Source: an uncultured Bacteroidota bacterium (GTDB lineage: Bacteria; Bacteroidota; Bacteroidia; Flavobacteriales; TMED113). Taken from it: a DNA stretch of 64,000 bases. The translations under genes and the position numbers were made by a program. Numbering within the stretch: position 1 is the stretch's first letter; every line of letters starts with the position of its first letter. Where the stretch lies: the NCBI GenBank assembly GCA_902533035.1, contig CACAKI010000003.1:4479-68478 (forward strand). Reading direction: 5' to 3'. The notes under the pieces are model-generated. The model made no database searches. It was not told where the DNA came from and saw nothing but the letters and a program-made list of their open reading frames with translations. Positions 10,345 through 22,187 of this stretch are shown here, piece by piece.

Positions 10345-10419
10345 TTTTTTTATTGTTAATTATTTATCCAATATATAAAAAAAATAGGGTATTAAAATAC
10401 ATATTATTTTGTATATTAA

Positions 10420-12393
<1,974 letters not shown>

Positions 12394-12396
12394 TGG

Positions 12397-15150
12397 TTAT
12401 TTAACTAACACAATATCACCTCTTTCTTGTTTTTCTACACCTCTTCGAGTTTTATATGTTATTTTATATGTGTATACTGCTTGTGGTAAATTTTCACCTT
12501 TAAAAGTACCATCCCAAGATTCATTGTAATTATTTGTTTGAAAAACGATATCTCCCCATCTGTTAAAGATATTTATTTCATAAGTATCGTAATTGATGTC
12601 TGTTAAAATAGGAGCAAAAACATCATTTACTCCGTCACCATTTGGACTGAAAGCATTTGGTGAATAAGAAAAATATTCTTCTAATACATTTATAGTTTGC
12701 ATAGTACTATGTTCACAACTATTTTCATCTGTTACTGTTAGCCATACATAATATAATCCTGGATTTGAATATAAATAAGATGGATTTTGTTCATTAGACA
12801 TTCCTCCATCTCCAAATTCCCAAAGCCAAGAAGAAATTTCTAAATCATAATTTGGGTCCGTAGTTGAATTGTCCAAAAATTCTACTGGTTCATCTGATAA
12901 CATGAATTCATAAGAAGATGCTGTAAAATCACAAATAGGTCCATTTATATTCTCAATTAAAATATTTTCAGATATTAAGCAATTATTAGCATCACTAACT
13001 GTTAATTCGTAATTACCAGATTCTAGGTTTGATAAATCACTATTATTGCTTAAAAAAGAATTTGGTCCTAACCAAGTGTAAGTCATTGGCTCATTACCTC
13101 CGTAAACTTGAATAGATGTTGTTCCTCCGGTACCACAAATTTCAGGAATTTCGTCTATCGTTAATTGTAATTCATCAGGTTCTAATAAAGTGAAATTTAT
13201 AAAAGCTTCACATCCATTTATATCTGTTAAGTACATTGTGTAATATCCCGCTGAAAGATTTGTTATATCCTCAGAATTACTAGAAAAATTATTTGGCCCA
13301 TCCCAGTTAATTGTATATGGAGAGCTTCCTCCATTAATGTTTAAATCTATGTATCCATCAGTGCCGTCATTGCATGATATTTCATATCCATTATAATCCG
13401 AAACTATAAAATTTAAAGTAATTCCTGCGTCTTCTGAAATTTCAATAACCTGTGATGAGCTGCAATTATTTTCATCAGTTACAGTAAGCGTGTATGTTCC
13501 ACCAGAAAGATTGGTGATGTCTTCTTGAGAAGATAAAAATCCATTGTCTCCAAACCAAGAATAAGTGTAATTCCCAACACCTCCATTTACTGTTATGTTA
13601 ATATTTCCATCATTGGCATCCGCACAAGTTACATTATCAGAAACAGTTTGAATAGTTAGCTCTTCAGGTTCTGATACACTAAAAAAAACTTCATCTCCTT
13701 CAGTTAAACAGCCATTTTGATCTACCCCGGTAAACCAATATTCTCCTGGTCCTAAATTATTAAAAGTAACTAATGACCCTTGGTTTATATTGGTTTGTTC
13801 TTCTAGAATTACACCCGATGCAAGATCTCCAATGAATATAGAGAATGGGTTAGTCCCGCCACTTAATGTAATATCTATAGATCCACTATTTTCACCAAAA
13901 CAGTTACTGTCTAATATTGTAAAATTATTTTCAATTTGTGCAGGTTCATTTAAAGATACTAACTGGTTATCTGTACATCCAAATTCATTTTCTACGTAAA
14001 TATTATAGTTTCCTCCACTCATGTTATTTAATGTGAAATTATCATTATTTTGGAGTATTCCGGAATCAATCACATTATTATTATCTTCATTAGTTACTTG
14101 ATATTCCCAATTTCCATTTGTTGGAAGGGTTACATTTATAAATCCATCTCCTGATTGAAAGCAAGTTGGGTCTTGTGAATTTATTGTCATTTCAGTTGGC
14201 TCGAAATTAATGAATACTTCATCTCCTTCAATACCTCCTTGAAATCCACACCAGTCTCCTGCAGATCCACATAATGATGCCCCTGCTGTATATACAATAG
14301 TTTCTCCATTTTCTGATATTGGAGTTACTTCAATGGACCCACCATAACCAATAATATTTCCATTATTATCTTGCCAAATTATATCACTACCTGCAACAGC
14401 TGGGGCAAAAGTTATATTTTCAATAATATAATCATTTGGGCCATTTGGTGTGAAACTCCAACCGTCATTTTCACAAGTCCATTGATTAGGGTAGTTTCTT
14501 TCTATTCCATCAAGCCCTGTTACAATGTTTGCAATGGTTCCAGTTGAATTATGTAGTCCATGTATAGCTGCACCGCTATTCCAAGTTGTGCATAAAACTT
14601 TTTGAGCAATGTGCGTTTCGATAATATTACTTCCTTCAAATAATTTTATTTGACTTGTATAGCAAATATCAGTGCAAGAAAACATAGGTATTCCACAAAA
14701 AGATGCAATAAACACTCGATTAGGTGCTTCTCCTGTAGTTGCATATTGGATAGTTCCATTTCCATTAACACCCGGGTAAATATCTTGCCAGGGACATAAA
14801 ATTGCATTTAATGGACAATCAAAGTTATTAGGTGCAGGATCAGTTATTGTCCAGTCAGAATAATTATTTGCATTTGCAAGATTAAATGTTAAATGATTGT
14901 TTGAGGATAATACAACTTGATTATAAGTATTGCCATAAAAAGTAAAATCAAAACCAATATCAATAACCCCTCCATATATGTCATCTGAATAAATCCCAGA
15001 GTCAATTAAATCTACATTATATGATTCTGCTGTTAAAGTTAAAGTGACTTCTCCTGAAGCGCTTTCACATAAAGTAGTGTCACCTTCTGCAACTACCTGT
15101 GAGAAACAAAAGTTAATTTGTAAAAAAATAAAAATATAAATAAATCTCAT
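12397..15150 (-). CDS. T9SS type B CTD surface protein: NIDO-like N-domain, SprB-like repeats, PKD domain
   Basis: Signal peptide; repeated GG..Y.Y.W...LSgG.Y.LTVTD.N.C units; PKD motif W.W.FGDG; terminal PNAFSPNGDGVND...IFNRWG...WDG. Confidence 0.9.
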   Translation of the reverse strand: MRFIYIFIFLQINFCFSQVVAEGDTTLCESASGEVTLTLTAESYNVDLIDSGIYSDDIYGGVIDIGFDFTFYGNTYNQVVLSSNNHLTFNLANANNYSDWTITDPAPNNFDCPLNAILCPWQDIYPGVNGNGTIQYATTGEAPNRVFIASFCGIPMFSCTDICYTSQIKLFEGSNIIETHIAQKVLCTTWNSGAAIHGLHNSTGTIANIVTGLDGIERNYPNQWTCENDGWSFTPNGPNDYIIENITFAPAVAGSDIIWQDNNGNIIGYGGSIEVTPISENGETIVYTAGASLCGSAGDWCGFQGGIEGDEVFINFEPTEMTINSQDPTCFQSGDGFINVTLPTNGNWEYQVTNEDNNNVIDSGILQNNDNFTLNNMSGGNYNIYVENEFGCTDNQLVSLNEPAQIENNFTILDSNCFGENSGSIDITLSGGTNPFSIFIGDLASGVILEEQTNINQGSLVTFNNLGPGEYWFTGVDQNGCLTEGDEVFFSVSEPEELTIQTVSDNVTCADANDGNINITVNGGVGNYTYSWFGDNGFLSSQEDITNLSGGTYTLTVTDENNCSSSQVIEISEDAGITLNFIVSDYNGYEISCNDGTDGYIDLNINGGSSPYTINWDGPNNFSSNSEDITNLSAGYYTMYLTDINGCEAFINFTLLEPDELQLTIDEIPEICGTGGTTSIQVYGGNEPMTYTWLGPNSFLSNNSDLSNLESGNYELTVSDANNCLISENILIENINGPICDFTASSYEFMLSDEPVEFLDNSTTDPNYDLEISSWLWEFGDGGMSNEQNPSYLYSNPGLYYVWLTVTDENSCEHSTMQTINVLEEYFSYSPNAFSPNGDGVNDVFAPILTDINYDTYEINIFNRWGDIVFQTNNYNESWDGTFKGENLPQAVYTYKITYKTRRGVEKQERGDIVLVK

Positions 15151-15331
15151 AAGGTTAATTTTTAAAAAATAGATAGAGAAGGGTTTACTGCATTGTCATT
15201 ATCTTTCATAAATTTAAAAAATAGTTTCAATAAGAAGAAATTTAGAGTTATAATTTTTCATAATTGAAAATATCTCAAAAATTAATCTTTTTTAGTAGAA
15301 ATATTTTTCTAAATTCGAAAAAAAACAAAAA

Positions 15332-16270
15332 ATGAAAATTACAGTAGTTGGTGCTGGTGCAGTTGGGGCAAGCTGCGCTGAGTATATAGCCATCAAAAAT
15401 TTTGCTTCCGAAGTAGTTTTGTTAGACATTAAAGAAAATTATGCAGAAGGCAAAGCAATGGATTTAATGCAGACAGCTTCTTTAAATCATTTTGATACAA
15501 GAATTATTGGAAGCACAAATGATTATGCTAAAACAAAAAATAGTAATATTGCGGTAATCACTAGTGGTATACCTAGAAAGCCTGGAATGACTAGAGAAGA
15601 GTTAATTGGAATAAATGCGGGAATTGTCAAAGAAGTTTCAAAAAATCTAATTCAACATTCACCAGAGGTTATTATTATTATAGTTAGCAACCCTATGGAT
15701 ACAATGACATATTTAACGCATAAAATCACAGGTCTTCCAAAAAATAGAATAATAGGTATGGGGGGTGCTTTAGATAGTGCAAGATTTAAGTATAGGTTAA
15801 GTGAGGCCTTGGGTTGTCCTGCCTCAGATGTTTCAGGTATGGTTATAGGTGGTCATAGTGATAAAGGGATGGTTCCTTTAATACGCTTAGCTACTAGAAA
15901 TAGTGTTAATGTTTCTGAATTTCTATCTAAGGAAAGATTAGAAAAAGTTAAACAAGACACAAAAGTGGGTGGGGCTACTTTGACATCAATGCTAGGAACT
16001 TCTGCTTGGTATGCGCCTGGAGCAGCTGTTTCTTCTTTAGTTCATGCTATTTCTTGCGATCAGAAAAAGATATTTCCTTGTTCAGTTATGTTAGATGGTG
16101 AATATGGTTTACATGATTTAACTATTGGTGTTCCAGTTGTTTTAGGGAAACATGGTGTTGAGAAAATCATGGAGATAGAATTGAGTGAAGAAGAAAAAGC
16201 CCAACTGTTGAATTCAGCAGAGGCTGTAAAAAAAACGAATAATACATTAGCTGAAATGAATTTGTTTTAA
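15332..16270 (+). CDS. mdh: Malate dehydrogenase
   Basis: GAGAVG, PRKPGMTREEL, NPMD, LDSARF. Confidence 0.96.
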   Translation: MKITVVGAGAVGASCAEYIAIKNFASEVVLLDIKENYAEGKAMDLMQTASLNHFDTRIIGSTNDYAKTKNSNIAVITSGIPRKPGMTREELIGINAGIVKEVSKNLIQHSPEVIIIIVSNPMDTMTYLTHKITGLPKNRIIGMGGALDSARFKYRLSEALGCPASDVSGMVIGGHSDKGMVPLIRLATRNSVNVSEFLSKERLEKVKQDTKVGGATLTSMLGTSAWYAPGAAVSSLVHAISCDQKKIFPCSVMLDGEYGLHDLTIGVPVVLGKHGVEKIMEIELSEEEKAQLLNSAEAVKKTNNTLAEMNLF

Positions 16271-18621
16271 GGATTAATAATTAGTTTTTCAGATTTTATA
16301 ATTTGGTTATTCTCTTTAATTTGTAAAATATAAATTCCTGGACTTTTGTTTTCTAAATCAATTGTAATGTTTTGTTGTGAGGACACACAGAAACTTAACA
16401 ACTTTCCTGTAACTGAAAAAACCTCTATTGTTAGTTCTTTTTTTAGGTCATGCTCAATAGTAAAATGCCCTGAATTTGGATTTGGAAAAATATTGACGTT
16501 TACATTAGGTGAATCTTCTATTTTTTGTAAATCAAATTCATTTCCTAAAAAAAGCTCTAATCCTCCACTGGCATTTCCTCTAATTAAATCTGGTTTTCCA
16601 TCATTATTTATATCATTGATGGTAACAGAGGAGTGTATGCAGTTTTTATTAGGCGCGATATTGTCGGTATAATAATTATAGAAACCAAGTAGATTATTTT
16701 CAATGTCATTATATAAAAAAACTTTTCCATTTTCAGTGCCTACAGCTAAATGATATTCACTTTCATATTCAAATACGTGAGGTGTAGTATATGCTGTTGT
16801 AAAAATAGGGTCCATTAGATTTATGCCACCTAAACTTTTTATAGTAATTCCGTCTAATGTTGTGAATTGTGGAGTCATTTCTTCAAAAATTGGAATCTGG
16901 TTGTTTAATCCAGAATTTTTAAAATAATTGATTCCATTCAATACACCGTTATCAATTCCTGTTCTTTCCCCAATAACTAAATCTAAAAGTCCATCTCTAT
17001 TTAAATCAATTAATTGAGGTGTTGCGTAGCTTCCTACGTCAATTCCAGTATCTATAATTTCATCCAAATTTGATGGATATACTGGGTAAGGACTTGTTGA
17101 GCCTGTTTCTACATTAATTGCAGGTACTATAAAAACTTTTCCACTTGAATCTCCGAATATTAAATCAATGTCTCCATCTAAATCAATATCGCCAAATGTT
17201 GGGTGAATACTTTCTATAGTTGTTATATTCCCTAATAAAGAAAGGTTTCCAAGATCATTATTTATTGAATCTTCATAATATTTGGCAAATTTGGGATCTG
17301 ATGCAGTACCAATATTTTTGTAAAAACATAGTCTGGAATTATAATTTGCTTCATCATAGTAACCTTTATTTCCAATTACTAAATCTAAGAGTCCATCATT
17401 ATCTAAATCATATAAAATTGGTTTTGAGTTACTGCCAACATCAATCATTTCTTCTGTTAAAAAATCATTTTGTATGTATTCAAATTGCAGCATGTTTTCT
17501 CCGTTTTCTGTCCAAAATGATTCATTAGTTTCGTTGGTGATATTTTTATAGTACAAACAATTATATTTATTTTCAGAAATATTTACTCCGTTTGGGCTTA
17601 TTATCAGATCTTTCCATCCATCTTTATTTACATCTAAATAAAAGCATGCTGGAAATAAAGGTAGATTTACTGATGAGTTATAACTAGGAAAATTAGTATC
17701 TTGATCTACCATTAATGCCTCTTCTGGAGTCCCTCCGTTTAAAACCATTACTACATTTGAATAGGAAATATCACCAAGTAATAGTTCCATGGTATTTTGA
17801 GGGTTATTTTCTAATTGCTGTTGTGGGTTTAAATCAAGTGCTAGTAAAGTTGATCCTGCGTGGATTCTCATCGGGTTAATTTCTGGAGTTTGACAATTTT
17901 CATCTAAAAATAATGTTAAATCATTATCAGTAAAATTTTCTTGAAATTGCCCCCAGCAATTTTCAGTTCTATATAAATCAATAGTACTGCAACTATTGTA
18001 TAATTCTTTTGATTTATTTTGGTGAAAATACACATGAGTTCCTTCAGCGTTAAATGAAAGAATATCTATATCACAATCTCCATCAACATCAGCAATTGCA
18101 GGTAAATCAATCCCACTAACATATAAGTTTGTTGGCCCAAATCCTGCGTCAGAGTTTAATATTTTTGTGAATTCAAAAGACAAGCTATCTGTAGAAATAT
18201 TGGTGAAAAGAGCGATGGTATTATTTACACTAGTAAATATGTCCTCTTTTCCATCTTGATTGTAATCTACTAATAACACCCAGTCTTTTAAACCAATTGG
18301 AAAATTATCTATGTATTCAGGTTTGAAAACATAATTATTTATATTTTGATCATAGATCATTGGTATAATTTTATTTCCATTTTGTGAGCCGTTTTTTCCT
18401 GACCTATCAAAAATAAAAATATCTTTTTCTCCGTCAAGATTTAAGTCTATTTCAGAAAATTGACAAAAGTTTAGACCTCCGATCCAAGGGTTCAATAGTG
18501 AACTCGATTCTTGTGAGCTTTCTAAAACTATAATTTCGTTATTTTGGATAAAACTAACTTGTGCATTAATGTTTGCAAAAAAGAATAATGATATGGCCGT
18601 TATTAATGAAATTTTATTCAT
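16267..18621 (-). CDS. FG-GAP/VCBS repeat protein with T9SS type A CTD
   Basis: Signal peptide, eight D-x-[DN]-x-D-G-x-x-D-type Ca-binding repeats, C-terminal IFPNP...GIYIL...KLII. Confidence 0.9.
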   Translation of the reverse strand: MNKISLITAISLFFFANINAQVSFIQNNEIIVLESSQESSSLLNPWIGGLNFCQFSEIDLNLDGEKDIFIFDRSGKNGSQNGNKIIPMIYDQNINNYVFKPEYIDNFPIGLKDWVLLVDYNQDGKEDIFTSVNNTIALFTNISTDSLSFEFTKILNSDAGFGPTNLYVSGIDLPAIADVDGDCDIDILSFNAEGTHVYFHQNKSKELYNSCSTIDLYRTENCWGQFQENFTDNDLTLFLDENCQTPEINPMRIHAGSTLLALDLNPQQQLENNPQNTMELLLGDISYSNVVMVLNGGTPEEALMVDQDTNFPSYNSSVNLPLFPACFYLDVNKDGWKDLIISPNGVNISENKYNCLYYKNITNETNESFWTENGENMLQFEYIQNDFLTEEMIDVGSNSKPILYDLDNDGLLDLVIGNKGYYDEANYNSRLCFYKNIGTASDPKFAKYYEDSINNDLGNLSLLGNITTIESIHPTFGDIDLDGDIDLIFGDSSGKVFIVPAINVETGSTSPYPVYPSNLDEIIDTGIDVGSYATPQLIDLNRDGLLDLVIGERTGIDNGVLNGINYFKNSGLNNQIPIFEEMTPQFTTLDGITIKSLGGINLMDPIFTTAYTTPHVFEYESEYHLAVGTENGKVFLYNDIENNLLGFYNYYTDNIAPNKNCIHSSVTINDINNDGKPDLIRGNASGGLELFLGNEFDLQKIEDSPNVNVNIFPNPNSGHFTIEHDLKKELTIEVFSVTGKLLSFCVSSQQNITIDLENKSPGIYILQIKENNQIIKSEKLIINP

Positions 18622-18625
18622 AAAT

Positions 18626-18633
18626 CAAAGTTA
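18626..18633 (-). promoter_or_regulatory. Bacteroidota -7 promoter element TAACTTTG
   Basis: Exact TAnnTTTG match 4 nt upstream of the FG-GAP gene ATG. Confidence 0.55.
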
Positions 18634-18730
18634 CGATAAATAAATTCTTATAATCATTGTAAATATTTATTCTCTTCTATAATTTTGTATTTTTTCTCAT
18701 ATAATACTAAGTTATTTTAAATTTTAATCA

Positions 18731-18738
18731 TATATTTG
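18731..18738 (+). promoter_or_regulatory. Bacteroidota -7 promoter element TATATTTG for secDF
   Basis: Exact TAnnTTTG match 24 nt upstream of the ATG. Confidence 0.7.
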
Positions 18739-18762
18739 CCTTCATTTTTAATGTGATACAAG

Positions 18763-21700
18763 ATGGAAGATAAAAAATTCAGAACATTTGTTAGAGGGGT
18801 TCTTATTTGTTTTATAATAGGCTTTATATATTCTCTCTCATTTTCTTTTGCTACATATTCTCTTGAGAAAAAAGTAACAAATAGCAGTAATGCTAATTCG
18901 AAGGATGCATTATCTCAATTATATAATAGCGCAGCGAACATTAAGGAGATTAGAATAGAAAATGACTCTTTAATATTAACTCCATTTCTTAATGAAGAAA
19001 CAAAAAAAATTGAAGATGATAGAAAAAAGTTTTTCCGTTTTGGGTTTTTATGGTTAGATAAGTATTCATATAAAGATGCAAAACGAAACTCTTTAAACCT
19101 TGGTTTAGATCTGAAGGGCGGCATGAGTGTTTTGTTGGAAATTTCACAAAGGAATATTTTAGAAGGCTTGGCAGATATTAGTAAAAAAGTTGATGCGTAT
19201 AAAGTTTTTTCAAAGGCTTTAGATCAAACAGATGAAATATATAAAGGTGACACACAAGATACTTATCTGAATATTTTTCGTTCAGAATTTAAAAATATAT
19301 CAGTTCAGGATAGTGTAAACACCACATTGTTTAAGGTTTTTGAAAGACAAAATGGATTTGATTTTGACAAAGATGCATTTACTAGTCAGGAGTTAGAAGA
19401 CAAGGTAGTGGAGTATTTAGAAAATAAAATATCAGATTACATTTCAAAAACTTTTGAGACTATAAAGAGAAGAATTGATCAATTTGGTTTAGCAAATCCG
19501 ACTGTTAAAAGAATAGAATCTTCAGAAAGAATAATGGTTGAGTTACCTGGAATGACAGATGAAGAAATGGTCAAAGAGTATCTTTCTAAAACAGCTAGTT
19601 TAGAATTTTGGAAAACTAGAAAAAATATAGAGTTTTCAAATCCAAATTCCACTTCGTATCTTCTCGAAGATTCTGTGTTTCTTTCTTTTGCTAATATACC
19701 AAATTTTTCTCCTGGAATAACGGATGATGATGCGCCAGATCTTTATACTCCTTCACTTACTGGAGATGGGCAATTGTACTATACGTCAGCTATGGCGAAT
19801 GTTAAGAATACAGATATAGATAGAAAAAAAGCTCAAGATTATATCGCATCTAAGTATGCAGATGGAACATTTGATTCTGATTTAGTATTTTATTTTACTA
19901 ATGGCCCTTCTCAAACTACGAAAAATATAGAAAATGAAGATGGTGAAACAGAATCAGCTACTATCGAGTCATATAAGCAATATGTTCAATTAATAGCTTT
20001 AGTAAAAAGCACTGATTATGGTGATTTTAATGGCCCTGTCTTATTAGGAAAAGAAGTAAATAATGCTTCAGATGGCTTTGATGAACGTCAAGGTGGCGTG
20101 GTAATAAGTATGAATATGACTCCAACAGGAGCAAAAGATTGGTCTAAAATAACAGAAGCTGAAATAGGTAACGAAGTTGCTGTAGTGTTAGATGAAGTAG
20201 TATACACGTTTCCAAGAATTAATGAAAAAATACCAACAGGATCTTCAGTAATTTCAGGAAACTTTTCAGTTAGAGAGGCAAAAGACATTGCTAGTATATT
20301 AAATGCTGGTCAATTAGATGCTAAGGTTGATATTGCAGGCTCTCAGTATGTGGGACCTTCCCTCGGTCAAAAGTCTATTGATGCAGGTGCTAAGTCATTT
20401 TTAATGGCCCTTCTTTTTGTTTTACTCTACATGTTGTTTTATTACTTTCATGCCGGAGTTGCTTCTAATTTAGCATTAGTTATAAATATGTTTTTTATTT
20501 TTGGAGCCCTTGCCGCATTTAATGCTACTTTAACTCTTCCTGGAATAGCAGGTATTGTATTGACAATTGGTATGGCGGTAGATGCTAATGTTTTAATTTA
20601 TGAAAGGATAAAAGAAGAGCTTTCGCAACAAAAAGGTTTGGCTCTTGCGGTAAGAGATGGATATAAAAATGCATATTCTGCTATTATTGATGCTAATTTA
20701 ACAACTCTTCTTACAGCTGTTGTTCTATTTTATTTTGGTTCTGGACCTATAAAAGGATTTGCAACAACACTAATTATAGGTATTTTAACCTCTTTGTTTT
20801 GTGCTATTTTTATTACTAGGTTATTTTTTGAATCTAGATTGTTTAAAAAGAAAAAAATAGCTTTTTCAAATAAATTAACAAAGGATTTATTTAGAAATAC
20901 TAACATTTCATTTATTAAAAGAAGAAAAATAGCGTATATTTTTTCCTTTTGCTTTATTCTTGTTGGAGCCTTCTTTTTACAAACAAAAGGTTTAAATAAA
21001 GGTGTTGATTTAGAAGGAGGGAGAGAATATGTTTATAAGATTGAGAAAGAAGATATCAATACTATAGAAATTAGAAATAGATTAGGCGTAAAGTTTGTTG
21101 AAGATAATGTAAAAAAATTCCCTGAAGTTAAAACTTATGGTGATTTCGGTCAGTCTAATCAGATCAAAATAACAACTAATTTTAGAATATCAGAAGAAGG
21201 TAGTGATACTCTTGTTGTACGTATAATCGAAGAACAATTAATGAATTATGCAGGTGGTGATAAAAATGATCCAAAAATAGAAAAAATATCTACTCAAAAG
21301 GTGGGTGCAACGATTGCGGATGATGTAAAAAGATCAGCTTATTTTGCTATTGTTTTTTCATTAATTATAATTTTCTTATATATTCTTTTTAGGTTTAGAA
21401 AATGGCAGTTTAGTTTAGGGGCTGTGGTTGCTCTTTTTCATGATGTCTTAATTCTTTTATCAATATTTTCTATTTTTAATGGAATCCTTCCGATCTCATT
21501 AGAGATTGATCAGGCATTTATAGCGGCGGTTTTGACTGTTATAGGTTATTCCCTTAATGATACTGTTGTTGTTTTTGATAGAGTTAGGGAATATCAAAAA
21601 AATAAAGTTGGGGATTACAAATCAATTATTAACAGTGCGTTAAATAGCACTTTGAGTAGAACGATAAATACATCTTTAACTACTATTATAGTTTTATTAA

Positions 21701-21843
21701 TTATTTTCTTTTTTGGCGGTGAGGTAATTAGAGGTTTTATGTTTGCTTTAATTATAGGTGTAGTTGTTGGTACGTATTCTTCATTATTTATAGCGACTCC
21801 AGTTATGCTAGATACAACTAATAAAAAGTTAAAAAATAATTAA
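18763..21843 (+). CDS. secDF: Fused protein translocase subunit SecDF
   Basis: LGLDLKGG, RRIDQFG, GMAVDANVLIYERIKEE, GYSLNDTVVVFDRVRE. Confidence 0.96.
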   Translation: MEDKKFRTFVRGVLICFIIGFIYSLSFSFATYSLEKKVTNSSNANSKDALSQLYNSAANIKEIRIENDSLILTPFLNEETKKIEDDRKKFFRFGFLWLDKYSYKDAKRNSLNLGLDLKGGMSVLLEISQRNILEGLADISKKVDAYKVFSKALDQTDEIYKGDTQDTYLNIFRSEFKNISVQDSVNTTLFKVFERQNGFDFDKDAFTSQELEDKVVEYLENKISDYISKTFETIKRRIDQFGLANPTVKRIESSERIMVELPGMTDEEMVKEYLSKTASLEFWKTRKNIEFSNPNSTSYLLEDSVFLSFANIPNFSPGITDDDAPDLYTPSLTGDGQLYYTSAMANVKNTDIDRKKAQDYIASKYADGTFDSDLVFYFTNGPSQTTKNIENEDGETESATIESYKQYVQLIALVKSTDYGDFNGPVLLGKEVNNASDGFDERQGGVVISMNMTPTGAKDWSKITEAEIGNEVAVVLDEVVYTFPRINEKIPTGSSVISGNFSVREAKDIASILNAGQLDAKVDIAGSQYVGPSLGQKSIDAGAKSFLMALLFVLLYMLFYYFHAGVASNLALVINMFFIFGALAAFNATLTLPGIAGIVLTIGMAVDANVLIYERIKEELSQQKGLALAVRDGYKNAYSAIIDANLTTLLTAVVLFYFGSGPIKGFATTLIIGILTSLFCAIFITRLFFESRLFKKKKIAFSNKLTKDLFRNTNISFIKRRKIAYIFSFCFILVGAFFLQTKGLNKGVDLEGGREYVYKIEKEDINTIEIRNRLGVKFVEDNVKKFPEVKTYGDFGQSNQIKITTNFRISEEGSDTLVVRIIEEQLMNYAGGDKNDPKIEKISTQKVGATIADDVKRSAYFAIVFSLIIIFLYILFRFRKWQFSLGAVVALFHDVLILLSIFSIFNGILPISLEIDQAFIAAVLTVIGYSLNDTVVVFDRVREYQKNKVGDYKSIINSALNSTLSRTINTSLTTIIVLLIIFFFGGEVIRGFMFALIIGVVVGTYSSLFIATPVMLDTTNKKLKNN

Positions 21844-21851
21844 TTATTAGA

Positions 21852-22058
21852 GTGGAGGTTTTACTGTTTCTAAATCTTGGTTTTGGGGAGATATTATTCA
21901 TTTTGATTATTTATTTAATATTTTTTGGATCAAAAAACATCCCTTCTCTTGCAAAAAACTTAGGCTCTTCTATTAGGAAAATAAAAGATGCATCTAACGG
22001 GATTAGGAGAGAAATAAAAGATTCACTTTTTAATTCAAAAGATCATTTTAAAGAATAA
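21852..22058 (+). CDS. tatA: Twin-arginine translocase TatA/TatE family subunit
   Basis: 68 aa; LGFGE-TM-FG hinge followed by an amphipathic helix (IPSLAKNLGSSIRKIK); GTG start. Confidence 0.85.
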   Translation: MEVLLFLNLGFGEILFILIIYLIFFGSKNIPSLAKNLGSSIRKIKDASNGIRREIKDSLFNSKDHFKE

Positions 22059-22187
22059 TATACTCACCAATTGTTAATAACTCTTTTAATTAGGTTAGTA
22101 AAAACATGTTTCTAATCTTCTTTTTAATCAAAAAGATAATATATTTAAGTATTAAATCTTATAGCTAATTATAAAACGAATTATATT

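Noticed and set aside
15145..15275. 52-bp periodic pattern as a mini CRISPR array
   Set aside because: Only two to three short, degenerate, AT-rich units and no cas genes in the window; reported instead as tandem uORFs
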